From an uncultured Candidatus Saccharibacteria bacterium (GTDB lineage Bacteria > Patescibacteriota > Doudnabacteria > UBA920 > O2-02-FULL-48-8), in assembly GCA_964605735.1 (NCBI GenBank), contig CAZSDS010000001.1:480126-544125 (forward strand): DNA of 64,000 bases. The letters run 5' to 3'. A program made the translations under genes and the position numbers. Numbering within the stretch: position 1 is the first letter of the stretch; each line of letters opens with the position of its first letter. The notes beneath the pieces were generated by a model. It had not been told where the DNA came from. It saw only the letters and a program-made list of their open reading frames with translations, and searched no databases. Positions 1 to 8,747 of the stretch are shown one piece after another.

Positions 1-132
1 GCTGAGTGATAACCGGATCTATTGTGTTTGGTCTTTGTTTCTGTAGAGTTTTTTACTCTATATATATTATAGCAAAATTTGAGGAAGTTGTAAAGATCTC
101 GGAACGAGATGCGGACAAAAACAGAAAAATAT

Positions 133-161
133 TTGACAGGAAAAATTGCCGGCGCTAATAT
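133..161 (+). promoter_or_regulatory. sigma70-type promoter
   Basis: TTGACA-17 nt-TAATAT directly upstream of the riboswitch. Confidence 0.7.
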
Positions 162-190
162 GCGGTTACTGCAACTTACAAATCGACGAA

Positions 191-288
191 TATTTTTGGT
201 TTAGGGGAAGTTAGGTTAAATTCCTACGCTGTGCCGCAACCGTGAATTCTTTACAAGAATCAAGCCGGGATACCTCAACCAAAATACG
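191..288 (+). ncRNA. cobalamin riboswitch (short, class II-like)
   Basis: AGGGGAAGTTAGGTTAAATTCCTACGCTGTGCCGCAACCGTGA...AAGCCGGGATACCT matches the core and B12 box; closed by TTTTGGTT/AACCAAAA; followed by a hairpin and T8. Confidence 0.8.
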
Positions 289-404
289 TGCAAGCTACTC
301 CCGAGCAGGAGCAGGCAGATTTTTTTTCGAAAATATTCCACTTGAAAAAATCAACCTTCCCCTGCTTTGAGCGGGAGAAGGTTTTTTCTTTCCAGGAGGA
401 TGAA

Positions 405-773
405 GTGAAGAAGATGAATCGACGGGAGTTCGGCGAAAGCATGCTGGTTTTCATGATGGCCAACGTGCTGATAAGCTGTGGGGGCGAAAGCAGTTCGCCA
501 AATCCAATCACTGCGCCATCTGCTCCGATGCCACAGCCCCAGACCTTGGTCGCACGAGTCATTGAATCAGGCTACCGCAGTGCGAGAAGCGTGGTAGACA
601 GCGAGTATCCAGGAGCTTCCCGGATTTCAATCAATGGCGAACCCTGGGATGTGAACTGGAACTTTTACGTGGGCGGCTCGCTGATCCTGGTAGGTTCAGG
701 ATCCCAGCCGACAGCTGACGTTGCCAATCTGATGATTCCGCACACGTCAGCCGTGGAAGTAAGAAAGGTTTGA
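405..773 (+). CDS. hypothetical lipoprotein with twin-arginine-like signal
   Basis: AGGAGG then GTG at 405; MKKMNRREF...LISC; terminator-like hairpin 776-802. Confidence 0.6.
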   Translation: MKKMNRREFGESMLVFMMANVLISCGGESSSPNPITAPSAPMPQPQTLVARVIESGYRSARSVVDSEYPGASRISINGEPWDVNWNFYVGGSLILVGSGSQPTADVANLMIPHTSAVEVRKV

Positions 774-813
774 CGGGAAGGGTCCCCCTTCCCTATTTTT
801 TTAAAAAATTTTT

Positions 814-2475
814 ATGAAAAAAATATTATCAATTTTGGTTTTAGGGTGCTTGGCTTTTTTAGCAACTCAGACGCGGGCGGCAAACTTGAATGCGGCTGTT
901 TCCACTTTGCCGCAAAATGAAGAATGGTCTTTGATGGCGCGCTCTGCCATTGACCAGTACGCCGGACAAAATTTCTTGCGAGGAAAAATTTCTGATGCAA
1001 GCGCATTGGATTTGGAAAAACGAATTTTGGCAATAACTGCTCAAGGGCAGAATCCGCGCACTTGGAGTAAGCAGAATTTTGTCTCCTCCCTGCTTTCAAA
1101 ATTTGATGGCAATCAAATTGGTGACAGCAATTTATTGAACGATGACATTTTCGGTCTGCTCGCTCTTTCTTCCGCCGGTGAATCAGGCGACGTAATAAAT
1201 AAAATTCGTGCGCATATTTTGGCGAACCAAAATTCTGACGGCGGCTGGGGATTTTCCCGCGGCGGTTCGTCTGACTCCAACACCACGGCTATGACAGTGG
1301 CTGCCTTACGGGCATCCGGCGGCAACGCGCCCGGTAATGCCATTTCGTATCTGAAGAACACCCAAAACCAGGATGGCGGTTATGGCTATACGCCATCCAG
1401 TGAATCAGATGGCGCTTCAACAGCCTGGGTCATTATTGGATTGCGGTCTGCCGGAGCAAGTGTCCCGCAAAACTCCATCAACTATTTGGAATCACTGCAA
1501 CTGCAAGACGGCTCCTTTAAATGGATGAACAGCAGCAGCGGGTCAAGTTTGGTAACGGCTTACGCTGTCATTGCACTTTCCGGGAAATCCATGCCAATCA
1601 GGTCAATCGCGGCTTCACCGACACCAACACCCTCACCAAACCCGGCTCCAAACCCAACTCCAACCAATCCAAATCCACAAACACCCACCGTACATACCCC
1701 ACCCCCAGCAGCACCAACTCTTCCAGTAAACGACTCACAATGCGTATCCATTACGGCTCCAAACCAGGTTCAAACTAACCAGACGTTTGTCTCAACCGTG
1801 GTTTTTGTAAATACTGGGACAAAAACCTGGGTAATAGACGAAAATCCACACCTTCTTGGCTCCCAAAACCCTCAAGACAACGTTTTATGGGGCACTGCCA
1901 GGGTCAATTTGCCAGGAAATATTAATCCAGGTGCGTCCGCAGGGTTCAGTTTTACGGCAAAAGCCCCCTCAACTCCTGGCTTACACCAGTTTTCCTGGAG
2001 AATGGTTGAGGAGCATGTCCAGTGGTTCGGCGATCTTTGCACCAAGGCTATAACTGTCAGCGCCCCCGCACCTCCGCCGCCCGCACCGGTTCAGGCACCT
2101 TCTCCCCCTCAACCAGGCAATTCCACCTTTTACGTCACAATTTCTTATCCGGGAAACAAAATCTATGTAGGCAAGACAAGTTTTTCTTCAGTAAACTTTA
2201 CGGCTTCAAATGGCCAACAGTATTCGTATAATACTCCGCGCGCGATTGGGACTTTGGTAAACGCGGCTAAAGAAATAAATTTATTGTACGAAATCAAAGG
2301 CTTGGGGCTCGGCCCGTTTGTCCATACAATTAATGGATATGCCCCTTTAGGCAGTTCAGGCTGGCAATACGCAGTAAATGGAACTGCTCCAACGGCAAGC
2401 TCAGCCGATTACGTGCTTAAATCAGGAGACGTGGTTCAGTGGTTCTACGGCCCACCAAATACGCTTCCTTATTAA
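814..2475 (+). CDS. secreted prenyltransferase/squalene-oxidase-repeat protein with Ig-like and DUF4430 (transcobalamin-like) domains
   Basis: signal peptide; QNxDGG(W/Y)G repeats; Pro/Thr linker; C-terminal FVHTING...GWQYAVNG...GDVVQWFY. Confidence 0.8.
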   Translation: MKKILSILVLGCLAFLATQTRAANLNAAVSTLPQNEEWSLMARSAIDQYAGQNFLRGKISDASALDLEKRILAITAQGQNPRTWSKQNFVSSLLSKFDGNQIGDSNLLNDDIFGLLALSSAGESGDVINKIRAHILANQNSDGGWGFSRGGSSDSNTTAMTVAALRASGGNAPGNAISYLKNTQNQDGGYGYTPSSESDGASTAWVIIGLRSAGASVPQNSINYLESLQLQDGSFKWMNSSSGSSLVTAYAVIALSGKSMPIRSIAASPTPTPSPNPAPNPTPTNPNPQTPTVHTPPPAAPTLPVNDSQCVSITAPNQVQTNQTFVSTVVFVNTGTKTWVIDENPHLLGSQNPQDNVLWGTARVNLPGNINPGASAGFSFTAKAPSTPGLHQFSWRMVEEHVQWFGDLCTKAITVSAPAPPPPAPVQAPSPPQPGNSTFYVTISYPGNKIYVGKTSFSSVNFTASNGQQYSYNTPRAIGTLVNAAKEINLLYEIKGLGLGPFVHTINGYAPLGSSGWQYAVNGTAPTASSADYVLKSGDVVQWFYGPPNTLPY

Positions 2476-2661
2476 ACGATCAGTTATATTGTTCAAACGC
2501 ATTTATTGTTAGCATTTATTACCCGAACGTTAGTGAGAATTCTCAAGCCCATGATAACTATCGAAAGGTGGCAAGCGTTGACAAATAAGCAATAACATGC
2601 CATAATGTTCCATCAACCGCAAAGAGGAACAAACCCTGCTGGATCCAGAAAGGATGGACGC

Positions 2662-2862
2662 ATGACGTGCACTGGCGTATTCCGACCCGGCGATGACAAC
2701 TGCCAGAATCCGAACTGCGATGCCAAGAATCGCAGCCGCAGTTCGCACCAGACCAACCAGAGAAAGACGGATCAACTGGTTGGCCCCCCGCACCGCAGAC
2801 CCGACATCCCGCACTCGAACAAATTCTCGTTCGGCGACCACCGCGACCACGTCCGCTGGTAG
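2662..2862 (+). CDS. small Cys-containing hypothetical protein
   Basis: promoter TTGACA-17-CATAAT (2578-2606), SD AAAGGA, terminator 2886-2916. Confidence 0.5.
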   Translation: MTCTGVFRPGDDNCQNPNCDAKNRSRSSHQTNQRKTDQLVGPPHRRPDIPHSNKFSFGDHRDHVRW

Positions 2863-2959
2863 CACGACCAGCCGACGACCATTTTGCCTAAGCTTTACAT
2901 GCTTAGGCATTTTTTATTTGCAAAATCCCACAATAAAGGATTTTATAAGAGTAGGATTT

Positions 2960-3126
2960 ATGCGGTCCTGTAAGGCAGAGGACCGCGAGCGCTGTGAGTA
3001 GATTTCAGACAATTAAAAACAGTTCTGGCGCAACCCAGTCAGCGAAGCCTCCAAGAGGAGGACCAGATTGCGTCGGAACCGTATGTACGTATATTAGAAC
3101 ATTCAGATTTTCGCGCACTTGTCAGT
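2960..3126 (-). ncRNA. candidate structured ncRNA (6S RNA-like rod)
   Basis: long stem 3020-3081, A/T-rich flanks, partial pairing of distal ends, no convincing ORF; strand uncertain. Confidence 0.35.
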
Positions 3127-3516
3127 TTGTATCTTTAGCAGTTCAATTTAAGCAAGCATTTTGTGCAAACAAATTCCTTATGTGGATAGCCCCAGTGAAG
3201 CAACTCAAAACCCCGGCGATATCCGAGGTTTTGCTGTACTCAAAATCTGAGCAGTTCAGATGTTTCCCGGCCCGGTAAACGAACCCGGAATATTTTCGAA
3301 CATAGTGATCCTTACAAGCCCACTATATATCTCTTATAAAGAACACTACTCTGTTGAATTTTAAATCCCTCACCCCTTTCTTTAAGTTCTGCTTATCGCA
3401 GAATTAATGCATCCGGTACGAATATTCTGCCCTACCCCGACCTTTGCAACAATTGATTATTCGTACAAACGAACACGCAAATAAATTCTTCTATTTAGTA
3501 ATCTCACACAAATTTT

Positions 3517-4758
3517 TTATTTTCCGAAAGCAATTGCGTCTGGTGCATAGTCCTGCGTGTGGACAAGCAAACCTGGACGGATCGTAAACTCCCCATATTT
3601 GTCGTTGATCAAATCCAGCGAGTCGTTTAGATTCTTTTCAGTTTTGCCAAACAGCGACAACTGATCCGTTCTCTGCGACAATTCAAAGAATCCGCAGGCT
3701 ACAAACGCCACTTCTGAATGAAATCGCCAGTTTTTCCAAATCATCAAAGCCTCTTCATATAATCCGGAACCTGTTTCAATGTCCCGATGCAATTTTTTGG
3801 ACTGGTGGTAACCGGTCCCGTCAGCCATGCGAATGGTCAGATAAATGCCCTGCGCCTTAAAATCTTCCCTGCGCATGCGGCGAGCCGCTTTTTCTGCCAG
3901 CCGCATGATAACCGGCGCTATTTTCTGCTTGTCAGTGCTCCTGAAATTCAGCACCCAGGAATGGCCAAAAGATTTCGGCGGATCCTCATCCGAACAAATT
4001 TCGTCAATTTCCAAGCCATTGATCCGATTCCAAATGTAGTATCCTGGCTTGCCATAAGCCGCCATCAGGTTCGCCAGCGGATAATGCAGGACATCCAAAG
4101 GCGAAGCTATGCCCAAGCGGGCCAACCGCCTCTCCCACCCCCGGGCCACTCCCCATAAGTCGGATAATTTCTTTCTCTTATATATTTCCGGCAACTGCTC
4201 GCGCCAAACCACAGCCAAACCATCCGGTTTTTGCATATCAGCCGCCAATTTAGCCATAAATTTGTTTTGCGCAATGCCAATTGAACAAGTCAGCGCCTCC
4301 CCCACCTCATCCCGAATTCGGCGCTTGATCTCAACCCCTGCCTGCACCGGACTGATTTGGCTTTCGCTTAAATCCAAAAACGACTCATCAATACTGTAAT
4401 GCTCAATCCGGTCTGAGTAATCGTCCAAAATCCTGTTCATCCGGCGATTCACTTCCCGGTATTTCTCAGGCTCAGACTCAACCAGCACTATATCCGGACA
4501 GATTTTCTGCGCTTTCCAGATCAAAGTCCCGGTTTTAATCCCCATCTTCTTGGCTTCCTTTGACGCGGCAATCAGACAGCTCGTTTTGTGCAGGGACGCA
4601 CAAACCCCCACAGGCTTGCCGCGCAACCGCGGATTGGCCTGCTGTTCCACAGATGCAAAAAAGGAATTCATATCCAAAAGCATGATATGCGGGAACTTCC
4701 CGGAATCAGGTGATCCACCCGCCATTTTGTAACTTGAAACCGGCAAAAAGCTGTTCAT
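3517..4758 (-). CDS. dinB: DNA polymerase IV (Y family)
   Basis: DMNSFFASVEQ, YSIDESFLD, KFMAKLAADMQKPDG motifs. Confidence 0.92.
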   Translation of the reverse strand: MNSFLPVSSYKMAGGSPDSGKFPHIMLLDMNSFFASVEQQANPRLRGKPVGVCASLHKTSCLIAASKEAKKMGIKTGTLIWKAQKICPDIVLVESEPEKYREVNRRMNRILDDYSDRIEHYSIDESFLDLSESQISPVQAGVEIKRRIRDEVGEALTCSIGIAQNKFMAKLAADMQKPDGLAVVWREQLPEIYKRKKLSDLWGVARGWERRLARLGIASPLDVLHYPLANLMAAYGKPGYYIWNRINGLEIDEICSDEDPPKSFGHSWVLNFRSTDKQKIAPVIMRLAEKAARRMRREDFKAQGIYLTIRMADGTGYHQSKKLHRDIETGSGLYEEALMIWKNWRFHSEVAFVACGFFELSQRTDQLSLFGKTEKNLNDSLDLINDKYGEFTIRPGLLVHTQDYAPDAIAFGK

Positions 4759-4760
4759 AG

Positions 4761-5006
4761 CTACTCTATATATGACTCCAACAGTGTCCAATTCAAATTA
4801 TCTGAATTGAACTGCAGTTTGAAATAATTATTGTTATCTGACACGGCAAAATAATAAATTTTGGCCCGGCCCTCAAAGTTGCTGTAGGTTAAGTTAATCT
4901 TGCGAACCAGGTACTCCCGCCCTTTCCACAAAAACTTGAGAGGTTTTAATTCCCCGTCTTTGAATAAGGTAGCTACCTGCACTGGTTCGTTAATTTGTTC
5001 GTACAT
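4761..5006 (-). CDS. small beta-rich protein (DUF6504-like) coupled to dinB
   Basis: PLKFLWKGREYLV...W pattern; stop 2 nt from dinB start. Confidence 0.65.
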   Translation of the reverse strand: MYEQINEPVQVATLFKDGELKPLKFLWKGREYLVRKINLTYSNFEGRAKIYYFAVSDNNNYFKLQFNSDNLNWTLLESYIE

Positions 5007-5431
5007 AAATCCCTTTATTTTCCGCCAAACCTGAAATTAAGGCAAAGAAAAGACGACCTCTAATCTAAAATTAAAGGCCGCCTTTTTCAAATTGTAGAGT
5101 AATGGTATTCCGTTAAATATTAGGTGTCAAGCAAACAAGATTTATTCAACTGATCCGCCCGGAGACAAAGGAGTTTCTTGCAATTCCTGTTGGTTGAAGA
5201 TAAAATCTCCCCAGAAAATTGTCCCAAAAATTACCACACCAGCTAGAATTATTCCGAACACTATCAATTTAGTATGTTTCATGATTCAGATTTTTTTCTC
5301 CTGCGAAAATCAATGCATTAATTATACCACAATCCTCAACTCCGCCGCAAAAAAAGGCTGGCAATTCCCCATTGTTTGTGTTATAATTGCTGAAAGTCCA
5401 GTCAATAACTGGATTTTTTTAAAGCAGGTAA

Positions 5432-6613
5432 ATGAAAATACTTTTCAACGGATACAATTTCGAAAGGAAGGGCAAACAGCTTCATTACGGAGGCCCTCGG
5501 AACTTCACAAAAAGACTGCTCAATTTCCTGGATAAAACCCCTCACAGTTATATCAGCTTGGTGATTGAAGGGAAAAAGGAAAAAAATGAGCGTTACTCCC
5601 TTTCAAAGTCCGCCAGAGGAAAAGGAATTTTTCTGAAACTTAGGCTGAGACTGAATACCCCTGATGTTTTTCTCGCAAAAAGCAAAGCCATGCCTGCCAG
5701 CCTCAACACGCCCATTAAAATCATCGGTAAAATAATCAGCGAGCAAAACCCTGACGCTGTCCTGCTCAATGGATACTCCATAGTCAACTGGATGATCCTG
5801 AGAGCGTGTAAAAATCACGGCATTCCGGTTGCAGTCTGCCATCACGGTTTGTGGTTTAAGGAAATCCAGGACGCATCCAGCAAAGTCACCAAAGCGGCAA
5901 TCCATATTATGCGCGAAATGGAAAAGGACGCCGCTAGGTTCGCAGACAAGGAAATTTTTCTAAACGAATTCAGCAAAAAAGAATTCAACCAAAAACTGGT
6001 AAAAACAGACGAATCTCGAACAACAATCATCCCGCTCCCGTACAACGATGTTTTTCACAAACCGGTAAAGCGACGCCCTGGCACTGAAGTAAAAATCGGC
6101 TTCGTGGGAAGATGGGACCCCATCAAAGACCCGCTCGCCTATTTAAAGCTTGCTGAATACGCTAAAAAGGCCGGACTACCCTGGCAATTCAGCGCGGTTA
6201 TGAAAATTTACGCCGAATACCCGGCGCTTCTCGCAAAAAAAGATGCCTTCCTTCAGACAATCCAGACCATCGAGCAGATGAAACCTGAAAAACTGCGGCA
6301 CTACTATGCGGAGCAAAGCCTGCTGGTAATGCCGTCGAGGTTTGACGTTTCCCCCACAGTGGTAATGGAATCTCTCCTCCAAAATACTGGAACATTGGTT
6401 TCGCCAAACGTAGGCTGGTCCACACTCTACAGGAAACTAGGCGCAGAAAAATGGATAATTGACTTCAAAGATCCGAAAAAAGTGGCAGACAGGATCAAAT
6501 ACTTATTGAAAGCAAAACCCCCAACCAAACTAATCAAATACATTAGAACCAACCACAGTCCGAGAAAAGTTTTCAGCGAGTATATCAAAGTATTAAGATC
6601 AATCCAGAAATGA
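5432..6613 (+). CDS. glycosyltransferase family 4
   Basis: GFVGRWDPIK, MPSRFDVSPTVVMES. Confidence 0.85.
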   Translation: MKILFNGYNFERKGKQLHYGGPRNFTKRLLNFLDKTPHSYISLVIEGKKEKNERYSLSKSARGKGIFLKLRLRLNTPDVFLAKSKAMPASLNTPIKIIGKIISEQNPDAVLLNGYSIVNWMILRACKNHGIPVAVCHHGLWFKEIQDASSKVTKAAIHIMREMEKDAARFADKEIFLNEFSKKEFNQKLVKTDESRTTIIPLPYNDVFHKPVKRRPGTEVKIGFVGRWDPIKDPLAYLKLAEYAKKAGLPWQFSAVMKIYAEYPALLAKKDAFLQTIQTIEQMKPEKLRHYYAEQSLLVMPSRFDVSPTVVMESLLQNTGTLVSPNVGWSTLYRKLGAEKWIIDFKDPKKVADRIKYLLKAKPPTKLIKYIRTNHSPRKVFSEYIKVLRSIQK

Positions 6614-7665
6614 GAATAGCACAATTAGTTTCAAACCTGCACCGTGTTCACCTGGCGTCCAACCAGGCAATTTACTCCCACACAGCCCGCTTGACCAACG
6701 GTTTAATTCGCCGCGGCAATGATGTGACGCTTTTTGCCTCCGGGGATTCAGAAAGCCAGGCCAAGCTTTATTCCGTCATAGAAAAAAATACGCACGCCTT
6801 GGGATTGGATCCGGACGACACCAGAAACTATAACCAATTGCTAATCTCAAAATGCTACGAAAACGCGGCAAATTTCGATATTATCCACTCTCATTACAGT
6901 TTATTAACCTCCTATTTCACTGCTCTGACCCGCACGCCTACAGCCCACTCCTTCCACAGTCCGATCCTGGAAAGGCAAAAACCTCTGCTCAGGCATTATA
7001 AGGACAAAAACTATATCTCTTTCTCGCTTGCGCAAAGAAAACAAATGCCTGAATTGAACTGGATAGCCAACATTTACCACGGCATAGACACGGAATACTT
7101 TGCTTATAATGACAAGCCAGAAGATTATTTGCTCTATCTTGGCAGAATAACGGAAGAAAAAGGCGTGCACTTTGCCATTGAGGCTGCCCGGGCTGCCAAT
7201 CTCAACCTTGTAATCGCCGGCCGTTCCTACCCAACCGAAAACTACTGGCATAACTATATCGAAAAATTCGTGGACGGGAAGACCGTCAACTACGTGGGAG
7301 AGGCTAATCTTGAAACCAAGCTCGGCTATCTGCAAAATGCCAAAGCCTTGCTATTTCCTACCCAATATGATGAAGTTTTTGGCCTGGTCATGGCAGAAGC
7401 CATGTCTTGCGGAACCCCAGTCATTGCCTGGAATAAAGGCTCGGTTCCTGAAATTGTCCAGGACGGCCACACCGGCTACATCATCAAAGACGTAAACGGC
7501 ATGGTCAAAGCCATACAAAACATAGATAAAATCAGCAGGCAGGAGTGCCGCAAACGCGCCGAATTGTTCTTCTCCATCGAGAAAATGGTTACCGGATATG
7601 AAAAAGTCTATATGCGAATAATCGAAGAAAACACTGCCAGACTGAAGAGCCAAAAAAATCCCTAA
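6610..7665 (+). CDS. glycosyltransferase family 4
   Basis: LGRITEEKG, EVFGLVMAEAMSCGTPV. Confidence 0.92.
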   Translation: MRIAQLVSNLHRVHLASNQAIYSHTARLTNGLIRRGNDVTLFASGDSESQAKLYSVIEKNTHALGLDPDDTRNYNQLLISKCYENAANFDIIHSHYSLLTSYFTALTRTPTAHSFHSPILERQKPLLRHYKDKNYISFSLAQRKQMPELNWIANIYHGIDTEYFAYNDKPEDYLLYLGRITEEKGVHFAIEAARAANLNLVIAGRSYPTENYWHNYIEKFVDGKTVNYVGEANLETKLGYLQNAKALLFPTQYDEVFGLVMAEAMSCGTPVIAWNKGSVPEIVQDGHTGYIIKDVNGMVKAIQNIDKISRQECRKRAELFFSIEKMVTGYEKVYMRIIEENTARLKSQKNP

Positions 7666-8405
7666 CGGGATTTTTTTGTTAACAGCTTGCTGTAAAGTTG
7701 GGTGTAGTACGCCCGTTCCAGATCATAAGTGCCACTGCTGCGGTCAATTTTGTTCATTTGATCAGGATGAACCCGGTAAAGGCTGAGGTAAGAATCGATC
7801 AAATACAATTTTACCTTCTTGCTGGCGAGTTTCAGCCACATGTCAAAATCTTGCGTGCGAAGTTTAGGGTTCCAATACCCTGACTTCTCCACCGCCTCCT
7901 TTCGTAATGTCACTGTGCCATTTGGAATAAAGCACCTGTGCCATAAGCTGAAGAAAAGATCATGCTTCGGTTCATAATTGATGTTGTACTCCTTCAAGTC
8001 ATCAAAAAGCCGGTTATTCACGTCAATATACAAGAGTCGACCATAAGACCATAGCGCCTTAGCGCTCTGTTTATGGAAATTATAGCGAATCTGCAGGCTG
8101 GATAGCGGCAACATGTCATCGTCATCCAGAGGAACTATCAAATCTCCTTTTGCCCTTTTATATCCCACATTCAAAGCATCGCCTGCCCCCCAATTTCTTC
8201 GATTTTTTACGTATTTTATGCGTTTGTCTTTCCGGGCAAACTCTTTGACCAGCTTCTCTGTCCGGTCTGTTGAGGCGTTATCGACTATTATGTGCTCATG
8301 GGCAAACCCAAACTCTCTTTGGTTCTGCACGCTTAGGATGGTTTGTGGCAAAAAACTGTCAGCCCTGTTATGCGTCGGGGTCAAAACTGAAATTATATTG
8401 TTCAT
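7662..8405 (-). CDS. glycosyltransferase family 2
   Basis: PTHNR, VDNASTD, LDDDD. Confidence 0.92.
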   Translation of the reverse strand: MNNIISVLTPTHNRADSFLPQTILSVQNQREFGFAHEHIIVDNASTDRTEKLVKEFARKDKRIKYVKNRRNWGAGDALNVGYKRAKGDLIVPLDDDDMLPLSSLQIRYNFHKQSAKALWSYGRLLYIDVNNRLFDDLKEYNINYEPKHDLFFSLWHRCFIPNGTVTLRKEAVEKSGYWNPKLRTQDFDMWLKLASKKVKLYLIDSYLSLYRVHPDQMNKIDRSSGTYDLERAYYTQLYSKLLTKKSR

Positions 8406-8747
8406 GATTGTAACTTTTTTGGTCGCGCTTCGTTTATATTTTTGAAGTGACTAAATTGTATCACAAACTTTGCCTTGAGACTGCTCTTTCAGAGAAAATT
8501 TTTTTCAAAACGCGAGTTATTAACAGGACAAAAAAATTTTTGGTGTTTATAATGATGACAGAAGCTCCCGCTTAACGGAAACTTAATCACCTTTTTGAAC
8601 TCCTGTGTGATAAACATATAAAAACTTTGGCGCGTTGAATCTGATTGCTATCTGAAAGCAACAATTGAATGGCTGTTTTGCTTGGCACATAAATAAGCTA
8701 AGCTCCCGAATTTATCCTGAGAGAAATAAATTAACATTTGTACAGCC

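Noticed and set aside
1610-2115. Pro/Thr-rich repeats (also 24630-24740) and the Gly-rich DUF2207 tail
   Set aside because: Ordinary low-complexity protein linkers.
3250-3390. Two possible 15-codon peptides on the minus strand downstream of dinB
   Set aside because: Too short, one lacks a standard start codon, and there is no independent support.
3461-3474. TTCGT-N4-ACGAA palindrome as an SOS box
   Set aside because: It lies downstream of dinB, does not match a LexA motif I can vouch for, and I saw only one copy.
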